Part shown: piece after piece, positions 1-9,700 of the stretch | Layout of the letters: each line of letters begins with the position of its first letter | Position numbering within the stretch: the first letter of the stretch is position 1 | Assembly (NCBI GenBank): GCA_900547555.1 | Contig: URHG01000001.1 | Span: 53,628-117,627 of the forward strand | Source of the DNA: an uncultured Porphyromonadaceae bacterium | GTDB lineage: Bacteria > Bacteroidota > Bacteroidia > Bacteroidales > UBA11471 | Length of the DNA stretch: 64,000 nt | Direction: 5' to 3' | Notes under the pieces: model-generated | Told to the model about the DNA's origin: nothing | Databases searched by the model: none | What the model saw: only the letters and a program-made list of their open reading frames with translations | Program-made: the position numbers and the translations under genes

Positions 1-1798
1 CAGCCGTTTGCGCACCGTAGTTGGTAGCCGTCGTCTGCTCGATTTGCAAGAATCCCGAAGCTACGATGTTATGTATCTCATTGAATGTCTGGTTATACAC
101 CAAGCGATTCTCGGTATAGAGATAAAGTTGCTCGTTCGAGGCATCGGAACTGCGGTTGTACCAGTCGTTGGCCAAATTGGGATCGCTCGTACTGATCCAA
201 GGCACACCCGTTACTTCGTTGGGAAGATACTTTTTCGTACGTTTGCTATCGGCGGTAAGAGCTACCGTACCGTAATAATTCAACATCGGCAATATCTGGT
301 AGTGAAGCTGGAAACTGAGACGGGTAGAGTACGAGTCAAGTCGGTTTACCGCTTCATTGACCATAGCGACCGGGTTGTAATTACGGTTATCGATAAAGGT
401 CTCTCCGAAATCTTCATACGGAGAGAAATAGGTATTGGTGCGGGCCGATCCGTCGGAGGTCATGAAGTAAGGACTTTCCTGAGGCATCTTATTGATGGCC
501 ATACCACGCGGATTGGAAGGTTCTTTATCGTTAACCTTTTCTGACCAATTGGAATTACGGATATTATACGTAAACGAGAACTCCGAAGTGATATCCAATT
601 TCTTGGAGAATCGGTAGTTCATATTGAAACGGGTCGAGAAACGTTGCACGTCGGCCCCGATCGTCGTACCGTTTTCTTTCAGATAACCCAAAGAGAGACG
701 ATAGGTAGCCTTGTCGCCACCACCCGACATAGAGAACGAATTATCGACCGTGTAACCGAGACGCGATACCTCATCGAGCCAGTCGGTATCGACATTGTAC
801 TCGTTGAAGAGCAACGACTGGGGATTGAAGTTGATCTCATCGCTATTCAAAAGATCCAAATATGTTTGGGCATTAGTGCTCGAATAGCCTAAGTCGTTGA
901 TCGAATTCCAAAGAGCATCTTGCATCAACGAGACATATTGCGCAGCATTCAAGAGCGGGTAAGTGTTCGCCTCTTTTTTCACCTCGGCACTGGTATTGAA
1001 AGTGAAAGAGATTTTACCCTTAGCACCTTTTTTGGTATTGATGACCAACACACCATTGGCACCTTTGGTACCCCACATGGCCGTAGCCTGAGCGTCCTTC
1101 AATACCTCGATCGACTCGATGTCGGCCGGAGATATATCAAGCAACTGGGAATAATCATCGGTCGAAGCCGAAGCGAAATCGAAATCGTCATCGATACTTA
1201 CCGGGAACGGAACACCATTGACAACGATCAAAGGATCGGCGTTACCATTAAGGGTCTGCGTACCACGAATACGAATGGTACTGTTCGAACCGGGATCGGC
1301 ACCCGTAACGATGTCGACATTGGAAAGGGCTCCTTGCAAGGCCTCGGCCACCGAGGTAACCGGAGCGGTTTCAAGGCCTTCCATGCTCATACGTTGCACG
1401 GCACCGAGCTCTTCACGAGGGGTAAGACCCATTTGGTTTCTCTCTACCCGTTTAGCCGAAACGCTGACTTCGTCGAGCTCGTGGCTATCTTCGGAAAGGG
1501 AGGCATTCAAGACCTTTTGTCCGGTATATTTTACGGTATAGGTCTGCATACCGATAAACGAGAAATTAATTACGAGATTTTGCTCGTCGGGTATTTTGAT
1601 ACGGTACTCGCCGTTGGCATCGACAAGCACGCTGGCCAAAGTACGTTCATCTTTGTTCTGCACAAAAACGCTGGCTCCGGCAAGAGGTTCGCCTGAGGCT
1701 TTCTCCAATACCTTACCGGTCAAAACCGTTTGCGCCGCCATAGCCTGAGAGACAACAAAAGCGACCAACAACAGGTATATTTTCCGTGTTATTTTCAT
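1..1798 (-). CDS. SusC/RagA-family TonB-dependent outer-membrane transporter, N-terminal ~599 codons (3' part lies beyond the left edge)
   Basis: Missing from the ORF track because the frame stays open to position 1. My translation of the minus strand from ATG 1798..1796 gives MKITRKIYLLLVAFVVSQAMAAQTVLTGKVLEKASGEPLAGASVFVQNKDERTL (signal peptide plus carboxypeptidase-regulatory-like domain). Plug-like IRIRGTQTLNGNADPLIVVNGVPF and IESIEVLKDAQATAMWGTKGANGVLVINTKKG follow. It starts 26 nt after the FAS1 gene stop. Confidence 0.9.
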   Translation of the reverse strand, partial: MKITRKIYLLLVAFVVSQAMAAQTVLTGKVLEKASGEPLAGASVFVQNKDERTLASVLVDANGEYRIKIPDEQNLVINFSFIGMQTYTVKYTGQKVLNASLSEDSHELDEVSVSAKRVERNQMGLTPREELGAVQRMSMEGLETAPVTSVAEALQGALSNVDIVTGADPGSNSTIRIRGTQTLNGNADPLIVVNGVPFPVSIDDDFDFASASTDDYSQLLDISPADIESIEVLKDAQATAMWGTKGANGVLVINTKKGAKGKISFTFNTSAEVKKEANTYPLLNAAQYVSLMQDALWNSINDLGYSSTNAQTYLDLLNSDEINFNPQSLLFNEYNVDTDWLDEVSRLGYTVDNSFSMSGGGDKATYRLSLGYLKENGTTIGADVQRFSTRFNMNYRFSKKLDITSEFSFTYNIRNSNWSEKVNDKEPSNPRGMAINKMPQESPYFMTSDGSARTNTYFSPYEDFGETFIDNRNYNPVAMVNEAVNRLDSYSTRLSFQLHYQILPMLNYYGTVALTADSKRTKKYLPNEVTGVPWISTSDPNLANDWYNRSSDASNEQLYLYTENRLVYNQTFNEIHNIVASGFLQIEQTTATNYGAQTA

Positions 1799-1823
1799 AG
1801 CGTGTATTTACTTGTTTATTATT

Positions 1824-4265
1824 TTATTGCACAGTAGAAGTATTATCGTCGCCGAAATCGAGATAACTATCGATTATATATACGGCGCAATCGGCATAGA
1901 TATAGGGGAAAGAATTGACGACTTTCACCTTCCGGCCTTTGCTGTCGGTAAGTTGCAAGTGCGTACCCATGTCATCGAGCTGTATCGAAGTATACTCTCC
2001 CTCGGTATTGGTTTTGGTCTTGAACGTGTACAATGTACGGGTTCCCATACCGTCGCCGGGGAAAGGATAGTCGATGAGGCGGCTGCGCTCTACCGAAACG
2101 AAAAGGTTAGGCATATAACGGTTGAAAAGATTGTTACGCCCGTTCGTAATGATTCTATCTGCCCAAGCGTCTACAACAGCCTGATTGGAAAGAGCAAAAA
2201 CAATATACCGAGGTACCGTCGTACCTCCACCGTCATGAGCCTTTATCGTTTCATATACTTGAAGGCGACCCGTCGAATCGTTGAGAGAGCCAGCAATACC
2301 GGTCTGGTAAAAGTTACGTGTACCGGCAGAGGTTTCCAAAAATTCCCAGGGAAGTTGAGACTGATTGGGAGAAATTTCTTCAAAAGATCTTTCTTCGGGC
2401 ATAAGAGCGGTTGCCGATCTTTCTCCATTAAGAGAGAAAACACGACCGTTGCGTACCTCGGGCAAATCTCCGGTCATATCGGTAACGGTTATCATGTCGT
2501 TGTTGTCTTGTGCTCCTTGAAAACCGTAATGCGAATTGTATTTCGCCGTAGAGAAAATGCTGTCGCCTTTTTGATAGAGATAGTTGAACGTACCGTATGT
2601 CGTACGATAAATTTTCTCATCGCTACCAACTACTTCGATCATATTATCGCAAACCTGACTGCGGACGATACGAGCAGAAGCCGCCATTCCGAGCGACACG
2701 GTCGCTTCACCGTCGGAATAGGTAATGTCTTCATATCCGTACTTATTGGGTTGCGCATTTTCATAAATCAATGTTTCGGAATTACCGTCACCGACTTGCG
2801 TATTTTTCAGCATATCATCGGAAGGATAGAATGCATAGAAATTCTGCGTCGTAGCCGTGTAAAGGTCGAGAGCTCCTGAACGCGTCATCAACAAGAGGAA
2901 CATATTGTACTTGGGATTCATGAATGCCGGTGCCGTAACATAAGAAAAATACTTAGGCACCGAAACCAAATTGCTCACCCCGTACAAAGTGCCATTGGAA
3001 CAAAATGCTTTTGTAATCACATCAGATGCAGGATCGATGGTTATGGGGGTATAACTTACCGCCGTTACCGCATTTCCTTTGGGAATTTCACTGGGAAGCA
3101 GCGGCCCTGCCGATGCCCAAAGTCTGTGCGTGGCAACTTGCTCGCCCATCAAAGCAAGCAGAGGGGTAAACTTGACCGAATCCCAATTATTCACCCCGTA
3201 ATAAGGCTCCCAATAAGTCGTATAGAAAGACTCCATTGCCTGATTGCTCGGAGCGAATACAGTGAGGGTATTGGAAGACAACGGGCCCAAAAGCGTAGCT
3301 TCTACATCGGAAGTCGACTCGCCAGAGATAGTAGCAAGAGAAGTCCTTTCATAAGCGATGGAAGGAAGACCGGTCGACTGATAGAGAAATGCCGAGTCGC
3401 GATTGTTATAATTCAACGACAAATACTCATTATAAGTAAGATCTTTTAAACGATCATATGCGTATGCAAAAGTCGAGAAGTTATCGTCGGCAGCAATAGC
3501 CTGATAAATAGTTTTAAGCGGCTCTACAACATCGTCGAGAACGTACAGATAACCGTTATCGGTAATGATGCTGTATTCTTTTACTCCGGCATTGGACACT
3601 CTGAAATAAGGTTCGTTTCCGGCAACCCAATTATCGCCTTGCCACAAACCCGTACCGTAGAAATAATCATAGTTCACCGCACCGGTAGATCCGCTCGAAC
3701 CGTGATTGTTGTACCAACCGTAAAGATTGGGAGTAAAGACGGGGATATACTTCTCTTGATGAAGCACTTCCACTTCTTTACCTTTCGAAGGATCTTCGAT
3801 CATCTCGTTTGCATCACGACTGCGGGTACGATACTTAAAATAAAGACCCACATAATCGTCATCGGCCGTAGTTCCATCGGGACGATACTCCATGAAACGA
3901 TCGGCATTGAAACTGTAATAAAGCAAATGATAGGTAACCATATTGCTTAATTCGTCGGCAGGCACGTCATTGACCGAGCTGTAACCGTGACGAGCAAAAT
4001 ACTTTTGGAATGCTTCATCATCGGGAGCAAAAATCGTTGCGAGACCTTTTCCGCGTACCAAATCTTCATAACCTACTTTTTGAACAGCAGCCAGGAAGTT
4101 GGTGAAATTGCCTCTACTTTCCAAATAATCCCACGCATTTCCCACCGAAACAGATGTTGCATGACGATCATTGTCGTAATACTTGTCCATTTCATTACAG
4201 GAAACGAAGAATAGCAGAAACGCTGAGGCTAAAAGACTAGTCCATTTTTTCATAATACTTCGCAT
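1824..4265 (-). CDS. Multi-fasciclin (FAS1) domain surface lipoprotein, PUL-associated
   Basis: 813-aa ORF with a lipoprotein-type signal (LLFFVSC). It has repeated FAS1-like signatures: LATIFAPDDEAF, LTVFAPSNQAMESF, FYAFYPSDDML and YIVFALSNQAV. An alternative start MKKW lies at 4253. It sits directly upstream of susC on the same strand. Confidence 0.75.
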   Translation of the reverse strand: MRSIMKKWTSLLASAFLLFFVSCNEMDKYYDNDRHATSVSVGNAWDYLESRGNFTNFLAAVQKVGYEDLVRGKGLATIFAPDDEAFQKYFARHGYSSVNDVPADELSNMVTYHLLYYSFNADRFMEYRPDGTTADDDYVGLYFKYRTRSRDANEMIEDPSKGKEVEVLHQEKYIPVFTPNLYGWYNNHGSSGSTGAVNYDYFYGTGLWQGDNWVAGNEPYFRVSNAGVKEYSIITDNGYLYVLDDVVEPLKTIYQAIAADDNFSTFAYAYDRLKDLTYNEYLSLNYNNRDSAFLYQSTGLPSIAYERTSLATISGESTSDVEATLLGPLSSNTLTVFAPSNQAMESFYTTYWEPYYGVNNWDSVKFTPLLALMGEQVATHRLWASAGPLLPSEIPKGNAVTAVSYTPITIDPASDVITKAFCSNGTLYGVSNLVSVPKYFSYVTAPAFMNPKYNMFLLLMTRSGALDLYTATTQNFYAFYPSDDMLKNTQVGDGNSETLIYENAQPNKYGYEDITYSDGEATVSLGMAASARIVRSQVCDNMIEVVGSDEKIYRTTYGTFNYLYQKGDSIFSTAKYNSHYGFQGAQDNNDMITVTDMTGDLPEVRNGRVFSLNGERSATALMPEERSFEEISPNQSQLPWEFLETSAGTRNFYQTGIAGSLNDSTGRLQVYETIKAHDGGGTTVPRYIVFALSNQAVVDAWADRIITNGRNNLFNRYMPNLFVSVERSRLIDYPFPGDGMGTRTLYTFKTKTNTEGEYTSIQLDDMGTHLQLTDSKGRKVKVVNSFPYIYADCAVYIIDSYLDFGDDNTSTVQ

Positions 4266-4315
4266 GTTTTTTCCGTATGTAGTTTAATTATCTCTCAAAA
4301 TCAAGAAAAGAAATG

Positions 4316-6472
4316 TTATGGCATAGGTTGCAAACCTTCCCATCGTACGTCCCAATTCCCGTCTTTGGGGAATCCGGGATTCTCGCCCTCGCTACCGTCC
4401 CAACCGGCACACATCATAGCGACCGAAGTGAGAAGGCCTCCGTTTCCGGGCAGATAAACGCGCAATCGGGTATCTTGGTAATTGTGTCCGTTGGGCAAAT
4501 AAGTATTGGTGCGTTTATCCATAAGCAAGGCCCCTACGGCCTTCTCGGTATCTCCCAGACGGGCCGCATCCATTGCCGTCATAGCAAAATCCCAACCCCA
4601 GGTTTTTCCCCAGTTCCAGTTATCCCATACCCAGTCAAGCGTATTCTGCATGATGTCCTCACGTACCAATGGACACTTGGGCAAAATACCGTAAGCACCA
4701 AGTACCGCCATGTGATCGGAGGTAAAACGTATGTCCTTATAGGTATCGGTAGCTGTCTCGGCAGCCAGATAGAGACCGTCTTGGTAAGCCAACGGGGAAA
4801 GTTTATCGAGCATCTCGTCCCATTGAAGATTACGTTCCAGGCCCAAACGTTCGCGCCATTTCTGCGCTACGCTGATGGCATAATGCCAATAAGAAAGTTC
4901 GAAAGGAGGATTTACTGTATCGGCAGCACGCAAAGTCTCTTGTGCAGGAATAGCACCTTTGAGAACAAAGCGGCCTTCGAGTTCGTCATAAGTAGCGAAA
5001 GAATACATAAATTCGGCCGTAGCAGCGACGAGATCTTTATATTTGTCGAGAACTTCCCGACTGGGATTCGCCCGGTACAACAACTCGGCCATATAAATGA
5101 AATGAGGTTGTTGCCAAATAAGGAACGAACCCACTTTGGAAGGTGCTTCGACCGCCGAAGGATCGGTCATCTTCATCCAACGAGCACCCTTGAATCCTTG
5201 ACGCTCGGCAATGGCGCAAGCATTTACATAGGCCGAGTCTTTATACCACGCAAGGCTCTTTTCGAGCAATTCGGGACGTCCCCACAATGCAAAATGTACG
5301 GCATGCCACCAATGCATTTCGAGATGGAACTTTCCAAACCATGTATTATAGGTAAGACCCGATTCCTGAGGAGGAACCGAACCGGCACATTGTATAGCCA
5401 TGAGGTATTGCGAAAGAACAACACGACGCTCCAACTCTTTGGCACGAGGATCTTTGCAATGTGAGAAATCTATGACACCGCCTCGCGACCAAAAATTGTT
5501 CCAATAACGGGTGGCACTGGCAAGAACGGTCTCAAACGAAGATTTTCCACCGGCCGGTTCTCCCGAGGTGAAAGCACACGTAAACGACAAAGTATCGCCC
5601 GATTGCGGAGTCAACACATAATAATGGGCTTCTTTTTGAGTCAGTTTGGCATCACCTTCCCAGCAAAGACGTACATAATAGGTCGTCTCATCGAGCTGAC
5701 GTTTAAAGGTTGCCGAGTGCGCATCTTCGGCCACTATGGTCGTTTTATGCTTATCGGGCTTTGTCCAGTCGCAAGCATCATCGGCATGTTTTCCGGTAGG
5801 ATACGGGAAGCGCAACTTCACCCCGACTTGTCCTGTTGCAAGCAACGGAGAAACAACCTGCGCACCGATTTCATCATTGAGGCTATCGCAGGCGGTAACG
5901 ACAGAAACCGGCTGACCGTCGACATCGAAGCGGCTGAGTATCTGGCCGTCCCACAAATCGAGTTCCTGATCGATACCCGACAATTCATCGATTTTTACGG
6001 GAGATCCGTTTTTATGCGTCAACTCCAAACCAACAGCTCCCAAATGAAGACGATGCGGATTCACCCGATACCAGTTGGCGGCTTCACGGGGGCGACCGGC
6101 TTCATTAAACTGCACGGCATAAAGCTCTTCATGTCCGCGACCGAAATCATACGCTTTCAAGGTCTCTTCAAAACGGTAATTTTCGGGATTGGCAAACGAA
6201 TGCCAGCCCCATTGGGACTGCGTACCCAGGGGCACGCCGGCACTATATGATTCGGGATAAGTCTGTAACCCGGTTACATCGACTGTATAAGCAAATTCGC
6301 CATTACCTACCGAAAGGGAGGATAATTCATTGAATTCGGTATTCTTCGGGTGATTTCTCTGCACGACCTGTTCTCTGTTGATCGGCTCGTTTTTTTCACT
6401 CTCACAAGAGGAGAAAAAAAGACACACAGAAAGAACTAAGCACAAAAATAGCATTCTTTTCATGGTATACAT
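4316..6472 (-). CDS. Putative glycoside-hydrolase-like lipoprotein, family not assigned (possibly an (alpha/alpha)6 six-hairpin fold)
   Basis: 718-aa ORF with a signal peptide and lipobox (FFSSC). The Trp/aromatic-rich C-terminal half (FHLEMHWWHAVHFALWG, WGWDFAMTAMDAARLG, LPGNGGLL) reminds me of GH95/GH65-type catalytic barrels. I cannot place it in a CAZy family by eye. A possible alternative start is M4 at 6463. Confidence 0.55.
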   Translation of the reverse strand: MYTMKRMLFLCLVLSVCLFFSSCESEKNEPINREQVVQRNHPKNTEFNELSSLSVGNGEFAYTVDVTGLQTYPESYSAGVPLGTQSQWGWHSFANPENYRFEETLKAYDFGRGHEELYAVQFNEAGRPREAANWYRVNPHRLHLGAVGLELTHKNGSPVKIDELSGIDQELDLWDGQILSRFDVDGQPVSVVTACDSLNDEIGAQVVSPLLATGQVGVKLRFPYPTGKHADDACDWTKPDKHKTTIVAEDAHSATFKRQLDETTYYVRLCWEGDAKLTQKEAHYYVLTPQSGDTLSFTCAFTSGEPAGGKSSFETVLASATRYWNNFWSRGGVIDFSHCKDPRAKELERRVVLSQYLMAIQCAGSVPPQESGLTYNTWFGKFHLEMHWWHAVHFALWGRPELLEKSLAWYKDSAYVNACAIAERQGFKGARWMKMTDPSAVEAPSKVGSFLIWQQPHFIYMAELLYRANPSREVLDKYKDLVAATAEFMYSFATYDELEGRFVLKGAIPAQETLRAADTVNPPFELSYWHYAISVAQKWRERLGLERNLQWDEMLDKLSPLAYQDGLYLAAETATDTYKDIRFTSDHMAVLGAYGILPKCPLVREDIMQNTLDWVWDNWNWGKTWGWDFAMTAMDAARLGDTEKAVGALLMDKRTNTYLPNGHNYQDTRLRVYLPGNGGLLTSVAMMCAGWDGSEGENPGFPKDGNWDVRWEGLQPMP

Positions 6473-6485
6473 CTGTTTATCTTTA

Positions 6486-6493
6486 CAAAGATA
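6486..6493 (-). promoter_or_regulatory. Candidate Bacteroides-type -7 box (TATCTTTG) for the GH-like/FAS1/susC unit
   Basis: It matches the TAnnTTTG consensus on the minus strand, 14-23 nt upstream of the two candidate ATGs. The call rests on motif match only. Confidence 0.35.
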
Positions 6494-6790
6494 GAGCCTA
6501 TTTCATGCGAGCATACTGCGCAAAATGACCCTATTACTAATTATTTTGTCTTTTAAGTGTTATAAATCAGCACATAAAAATTTATACGGGGCAAAAGTAG
6601 AGGTGAAAAGAGTTTTCAAAGCTCTATATTTTGCCCTTTTTCATACAAAAATTGGTTTTAGCCGACAGAAATATATATTCTTTACGGACCGCGTGGACTT
6701 TTCGGGCAGATTTTGTTCACAGCGACTCTCGACAAAGCCCTATTACCACAAAGATACGCAATAATAGAACATAAAAGGCAAGAAAAAACG

Positions 6791-6827
6791 AAAATCCACC
6801 TCGGCATTGGGTCGAGGTGGATTTTTT
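6791..6827 (-). terminator. Rho-independent terminator after GH28
   Basis: AATCCACCTCG (6793-6803) pairs with CGAGGTGGATT (6813-6823). On the minus strand a T-run follows. Confidence 0.7.
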
Positions 6828-6846
6828 AATCGAGTGAACTAACCGT

Positions 6847-8286
6847 TCAGAGAGCAGGAGATTTCACAACCTGACCGTTGATTTTCAAATTATTGAAACG
6901 AACGTCTTTGACTCCGCCTTTGATAAAGATTCCGTCTTGGGGATTGGCTGTGCCTTTCTTCACATTGTTGAACTCGCAGTTATCAACCTGAATGTTATAT
7001 ACATTATCAGATCCTTCGAGACCTACATAGTAAACGCCGAGGTTACTACCCTCGCAGGTAATGTTCTCGCAGAGAACGTTGCGCACCGTCGGGGGGAAAT
7101 TGCGGTCGCATATTTCGCGGTTTTCGTATTGCAAATTGATACGAAGAACGGCTTCACGACACACTCCCACTTTTATATTGCGCACAAACACATTTTCTAT
7201 GACACCGCCCCGGCAATTACTGGTTTTGATACGAATCACACGATCGAGATTGGGACTGTCCATTTCACAATTTTCCACATAGAGGTTTTTGTATCCGCCG
7301 GAAATTTCACTACCGATGACTACGCCCCCGTGTCCATCATACATTTTGCAATTGCGTACAATGATATTCTGGCTGGGAACTCCCCATGTACGACCGTCGC
7401 GATTACGACCGCTCTTGATGGCGATACAGTCGTCTCCCGTATCGAAAACGCAATTTTCGATAATTACACCGTCGCACGACTCGGGATCACAACCGTCGCC
7501 GTTCGGACCACGATTGATAAAATGCACACCGCGCACAATAAGATTCGTACAGAAAAGCGGGTGAAGTGTCCAGAAAGGAGAATTCTGCATCGTTACTCCT
7601 TCTACCAACACTTTATCGCAACGATACAGGTTCACGAGTTGGGGACGCATACCGTCTTGCACGGTCATCAGACGTTTGTAGATAGGCTCACCGGATTCGC
7701 CCCAAGCCAACAACTTGGCACGACCACCGCAGTTTTGTCCTATCATTCCTTCTTTCCAACCGTACTTTTTCGCACCACACATAGGCCACCATGTCTCCAT
7801 AGAACCTTGTCCGTCGATAATACCTTTACCTGTGATCGCCAAATTGGTCTCACCGTAAGCATATATCAAAGGGCGCATATTATAGCAATCCACTCCTTCC
7901 CAACGGGTAAGAACAGCCGGCATATACAGTTCGGGATTTGTATCGAACTTCAATACGGCACCTTCTTCAAGGTGGAAATTGACATTGCTTTTCAGTGTAA
8001 TAGGGCCGGTATAGAAAGTTCCTTTGGGCACAATTACCGTACCCCCGCCAGCTTGGTTACATGTAACGATAGCCAGATTGATGGCATCGTGGCAAGGAGC
8101 CTCCGGCATATCGGGTTTCGCACCGAAATCGGTAATGTTGTACGTTCTTTTCGGGAAGGAAGTTTTTTCAATCGACTTTTCGAGTTTAGAAGCCTGTTTC
8201 CATGCATCCTTAGAAGAAATCTGCGCCGAAATCAAGGCAGGAACCAAGAAAGCACACAAAAGGAACAAGTTTTTTTTCATACGCAT
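6847..8286 (-). CDS. GH28 family (exo-)polygalacturonase / rhamnogalacturonan galacturonohydrolase
   Basis: 479-aa ORF with a signal peptide and GH28 signature blocks NGDGCDP, GDDCIAIKSG, GHGGVVIGSE and RIKT. Confidence 0.9.
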   Translation of the reverse strand: MRMKKNLFLLCAFLVPALISAQISSKDAWKQASKLEKSIEKTSFPKRTYNITDFGAKPDMPEAPCHDAINLAIVTCNQAGGGTVIVPKGTFYTGPITLKSNVNFHLEEGAVLKFDTNPELYMPAVLTRWEGVDCYNMRPLIYAYGETNLAITGKGIIDGQGSMETWWPMCGAKKYGWKEGMIGQNCGGRAKLLAWGESGEPIYKRLMTVQDGMRPQLVNLYRCDKVLVEGVTMQNSPFWTLHPLFCTNLIVRGVHFINRGPNGDGCDPESCDGVIIENCVFDTGDDCIAIKSGRNRDGRTWGVPSQNIIVRNCKMYDGHGGVVIGSEISGGYKNLYVENCEMDSPNLDRVIRIKTSNCRGGVIENVFVRNIKVGVCREAVLRINLQYENREICDRNFPPTVRNVLCENITCEGSNLGVYYVGLEGSDNVYNIQVDNCEFNNVKKGTANPQDGIFIKGGVKDVRFNNLKINGQVVKSPAL

Positions 8287-8358
8287 AAATTTATTAGATT
8301 TTTAAATATCGAATCCGCCTATCCCACCCCAAGAGGAAGAACAAGCGGATTCAGTTTT

Positions 8359-9672
8359 TTAATTTTTGTTTACGACGATACGGTCGTATTGTTGTTCGGC
8401 TTTTATTTCGGTATATTTAGGAGCGTCCATCATCTCGACCAATGCACGCAAGACCGGCCCCTCACCCATCGGATCGTTCTTCAACTGAGGACGATTATAA
8501 TAATAGGTAAGAGAAGGCATGATACCCGTTCCTGCACAGATGGCTTCGAGATCGCCTTTTTCCGAAATTTTACTGAGAATGCCTTTGAGACCCTGCTCGG
8601 CTACATAGATGAAATCTTTATGTATCCAGCCTTCTTTCACGCCTCGGGCAATGGCAAAAGTAAACATGGCCGTACCGGTAACCTCATCATACGAATCGGT
8701 CTTATCGAGCAACTGATGCCACAACCCGTTTTCTCCTTGATAACGGCAAACGCCGCTTACCTGCTGACGGAAATTCTCCAAAAGAGCTTCACGCTGGGGA
8801 TAATCTTCGGGCAAGCGGGAAAGCAAATCGGCCTGAGCCATCAATACCCATCCGTTGGCACGCGACCAATGGGCAACTCCATGTTCATCGGTATCGGTAT
8901 GATAACAATGGTAATAGATTTGTTTCTCGGGACACCACAGATACTTATTGTATTGCAACACCTGATTGGCCGCATCATCGAAATATTTCATGTCGCCCGT
9001 CATTTCACCCATACGGCAAAGGAACGAAACCGCCATGAACAAGTCATCGGCCCAAACGGTATTCTCATGCGGCCAAATGCGTGCAATCGTTCCGTCGATG
9101 AGACGAGGCTCGGCATAGTTGAGATGATCGGCCGTTTCATCGATATAAGCCTGAAAAGCTTTGTCGGGACTCGGCAGATGCATTTGCAAATCGATCAACG
9201 AGGCTCCCATAGGCCCGTTATCGTCGAGCCTCTTACCCCGGAAAATCATGTGCCAGCTTATTTTACGGACGGCCATCCAACCGCTTTCTTCAAGAGCTTT
9301 ATCGAATTTCTTTTTAAAAAATTCGAGATTCCCTTCATTGAACACAAAATCCATGTTCTTACGCACATACTCTTCATACTTCTTATCGCCGAGTTTATCG
9401 GCAAGTTCGAGCATGGCGATATGCAAAACGCCATTGGTATAATGCCAATCGTTATACTTACAACCTACTTTGATAGGTTCGGTATACTTACGTTTCTTTA
9501 CCGTAGGGTAAGTTTCACCGGTTTCGGTGTTTTTAAACTGATACGTGGTACTTGCCACTATACGGTCGGCCATGGCAAGGGCGGCATCTTTGGCCGTGCG
9601 TTTCTTGGCCGGAGCGGCCGAAGCAAACACACCTACAAAGAGGGCGAAAGCCAATAAGGTCATTTTTCTCAT
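8359..9672 (-). CDS. GH105 (Glyco_hydro_88 fold) unsaturated rhamnogalacturonyl/galacturonyl hydrolase, copy a
   Basis: 437-aa ORF with a signal peptide. YteR/YesR-like blocks are present: DDNGPMG, TVWADDLFM, HWSRANGW and GTAMFTFAIARG. Confidence 0.85.
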   Translation of the reverse strand: MRKMTLLAFALFVGVFASAAPAKKRTAKDAALAMADRIVASTTYQFKNTETGETYPTVKKRKYTEPIKVGCKYNDWHYTNGVLHIAMLELADKLGDKKYEEYVRKNMDFVFNEGNLEFFKKKFDKALEESGWMAVRKISWHMIFRGKRLDDNGPMGASLIDLQMHLPSPDKAFQAYIDETADHLNYAEPRLIDGTIARIWPHENTVWADDLFMAVSFLCRMGEMTGDMKYFDDAANQVLQYNKYLWCPEKQIYYHCYHTDTDEHGVAHWSRANGWVLMAQADLLSRLPEDYPQREALLENFRQQVSGVCRYQGENGLWHQLLDKTDSYDEVTGTAMFTFAIARGVKEGWIHKDFIYVAEQGLKGILSKISEKGDLEAICAGTGIMPSLTYYYNRPQLKNDPMGEGPVLRALVEMMDAPKYTEIKAEQQYDRIVVNKN

Positions 9673-9700
9673 AAAAACAGAACTTCTATTGTACTTTTAA

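Noticed and set aside
6525-6764. 79-aa plus-strand ORF in the GH28/GH-like intergenic region
   Set aside because: It is AT-rich intergenic sequence between a terminator and a promoter, with no RBS or promoter context or recognisable motif.
6937-9657. 906-aa plus-strand ORF spanning the antisense of both GH28 and GH105a, including their intergenic gap
   Set aside because: It is codon-aligned antisense to two genes with unmistakable family motifs. Its composition is odd (rich in I/F/H/R/T), and it has no signal or motif that I recognise. Long stop-free antisense frames recur all over this window (for example 1812..2879, 4313..5464, 9797..10498, 11552..12496, 18830..19624). That pattern is what strong avoidance of the sense codons TTA/CTA/TCA would produce.
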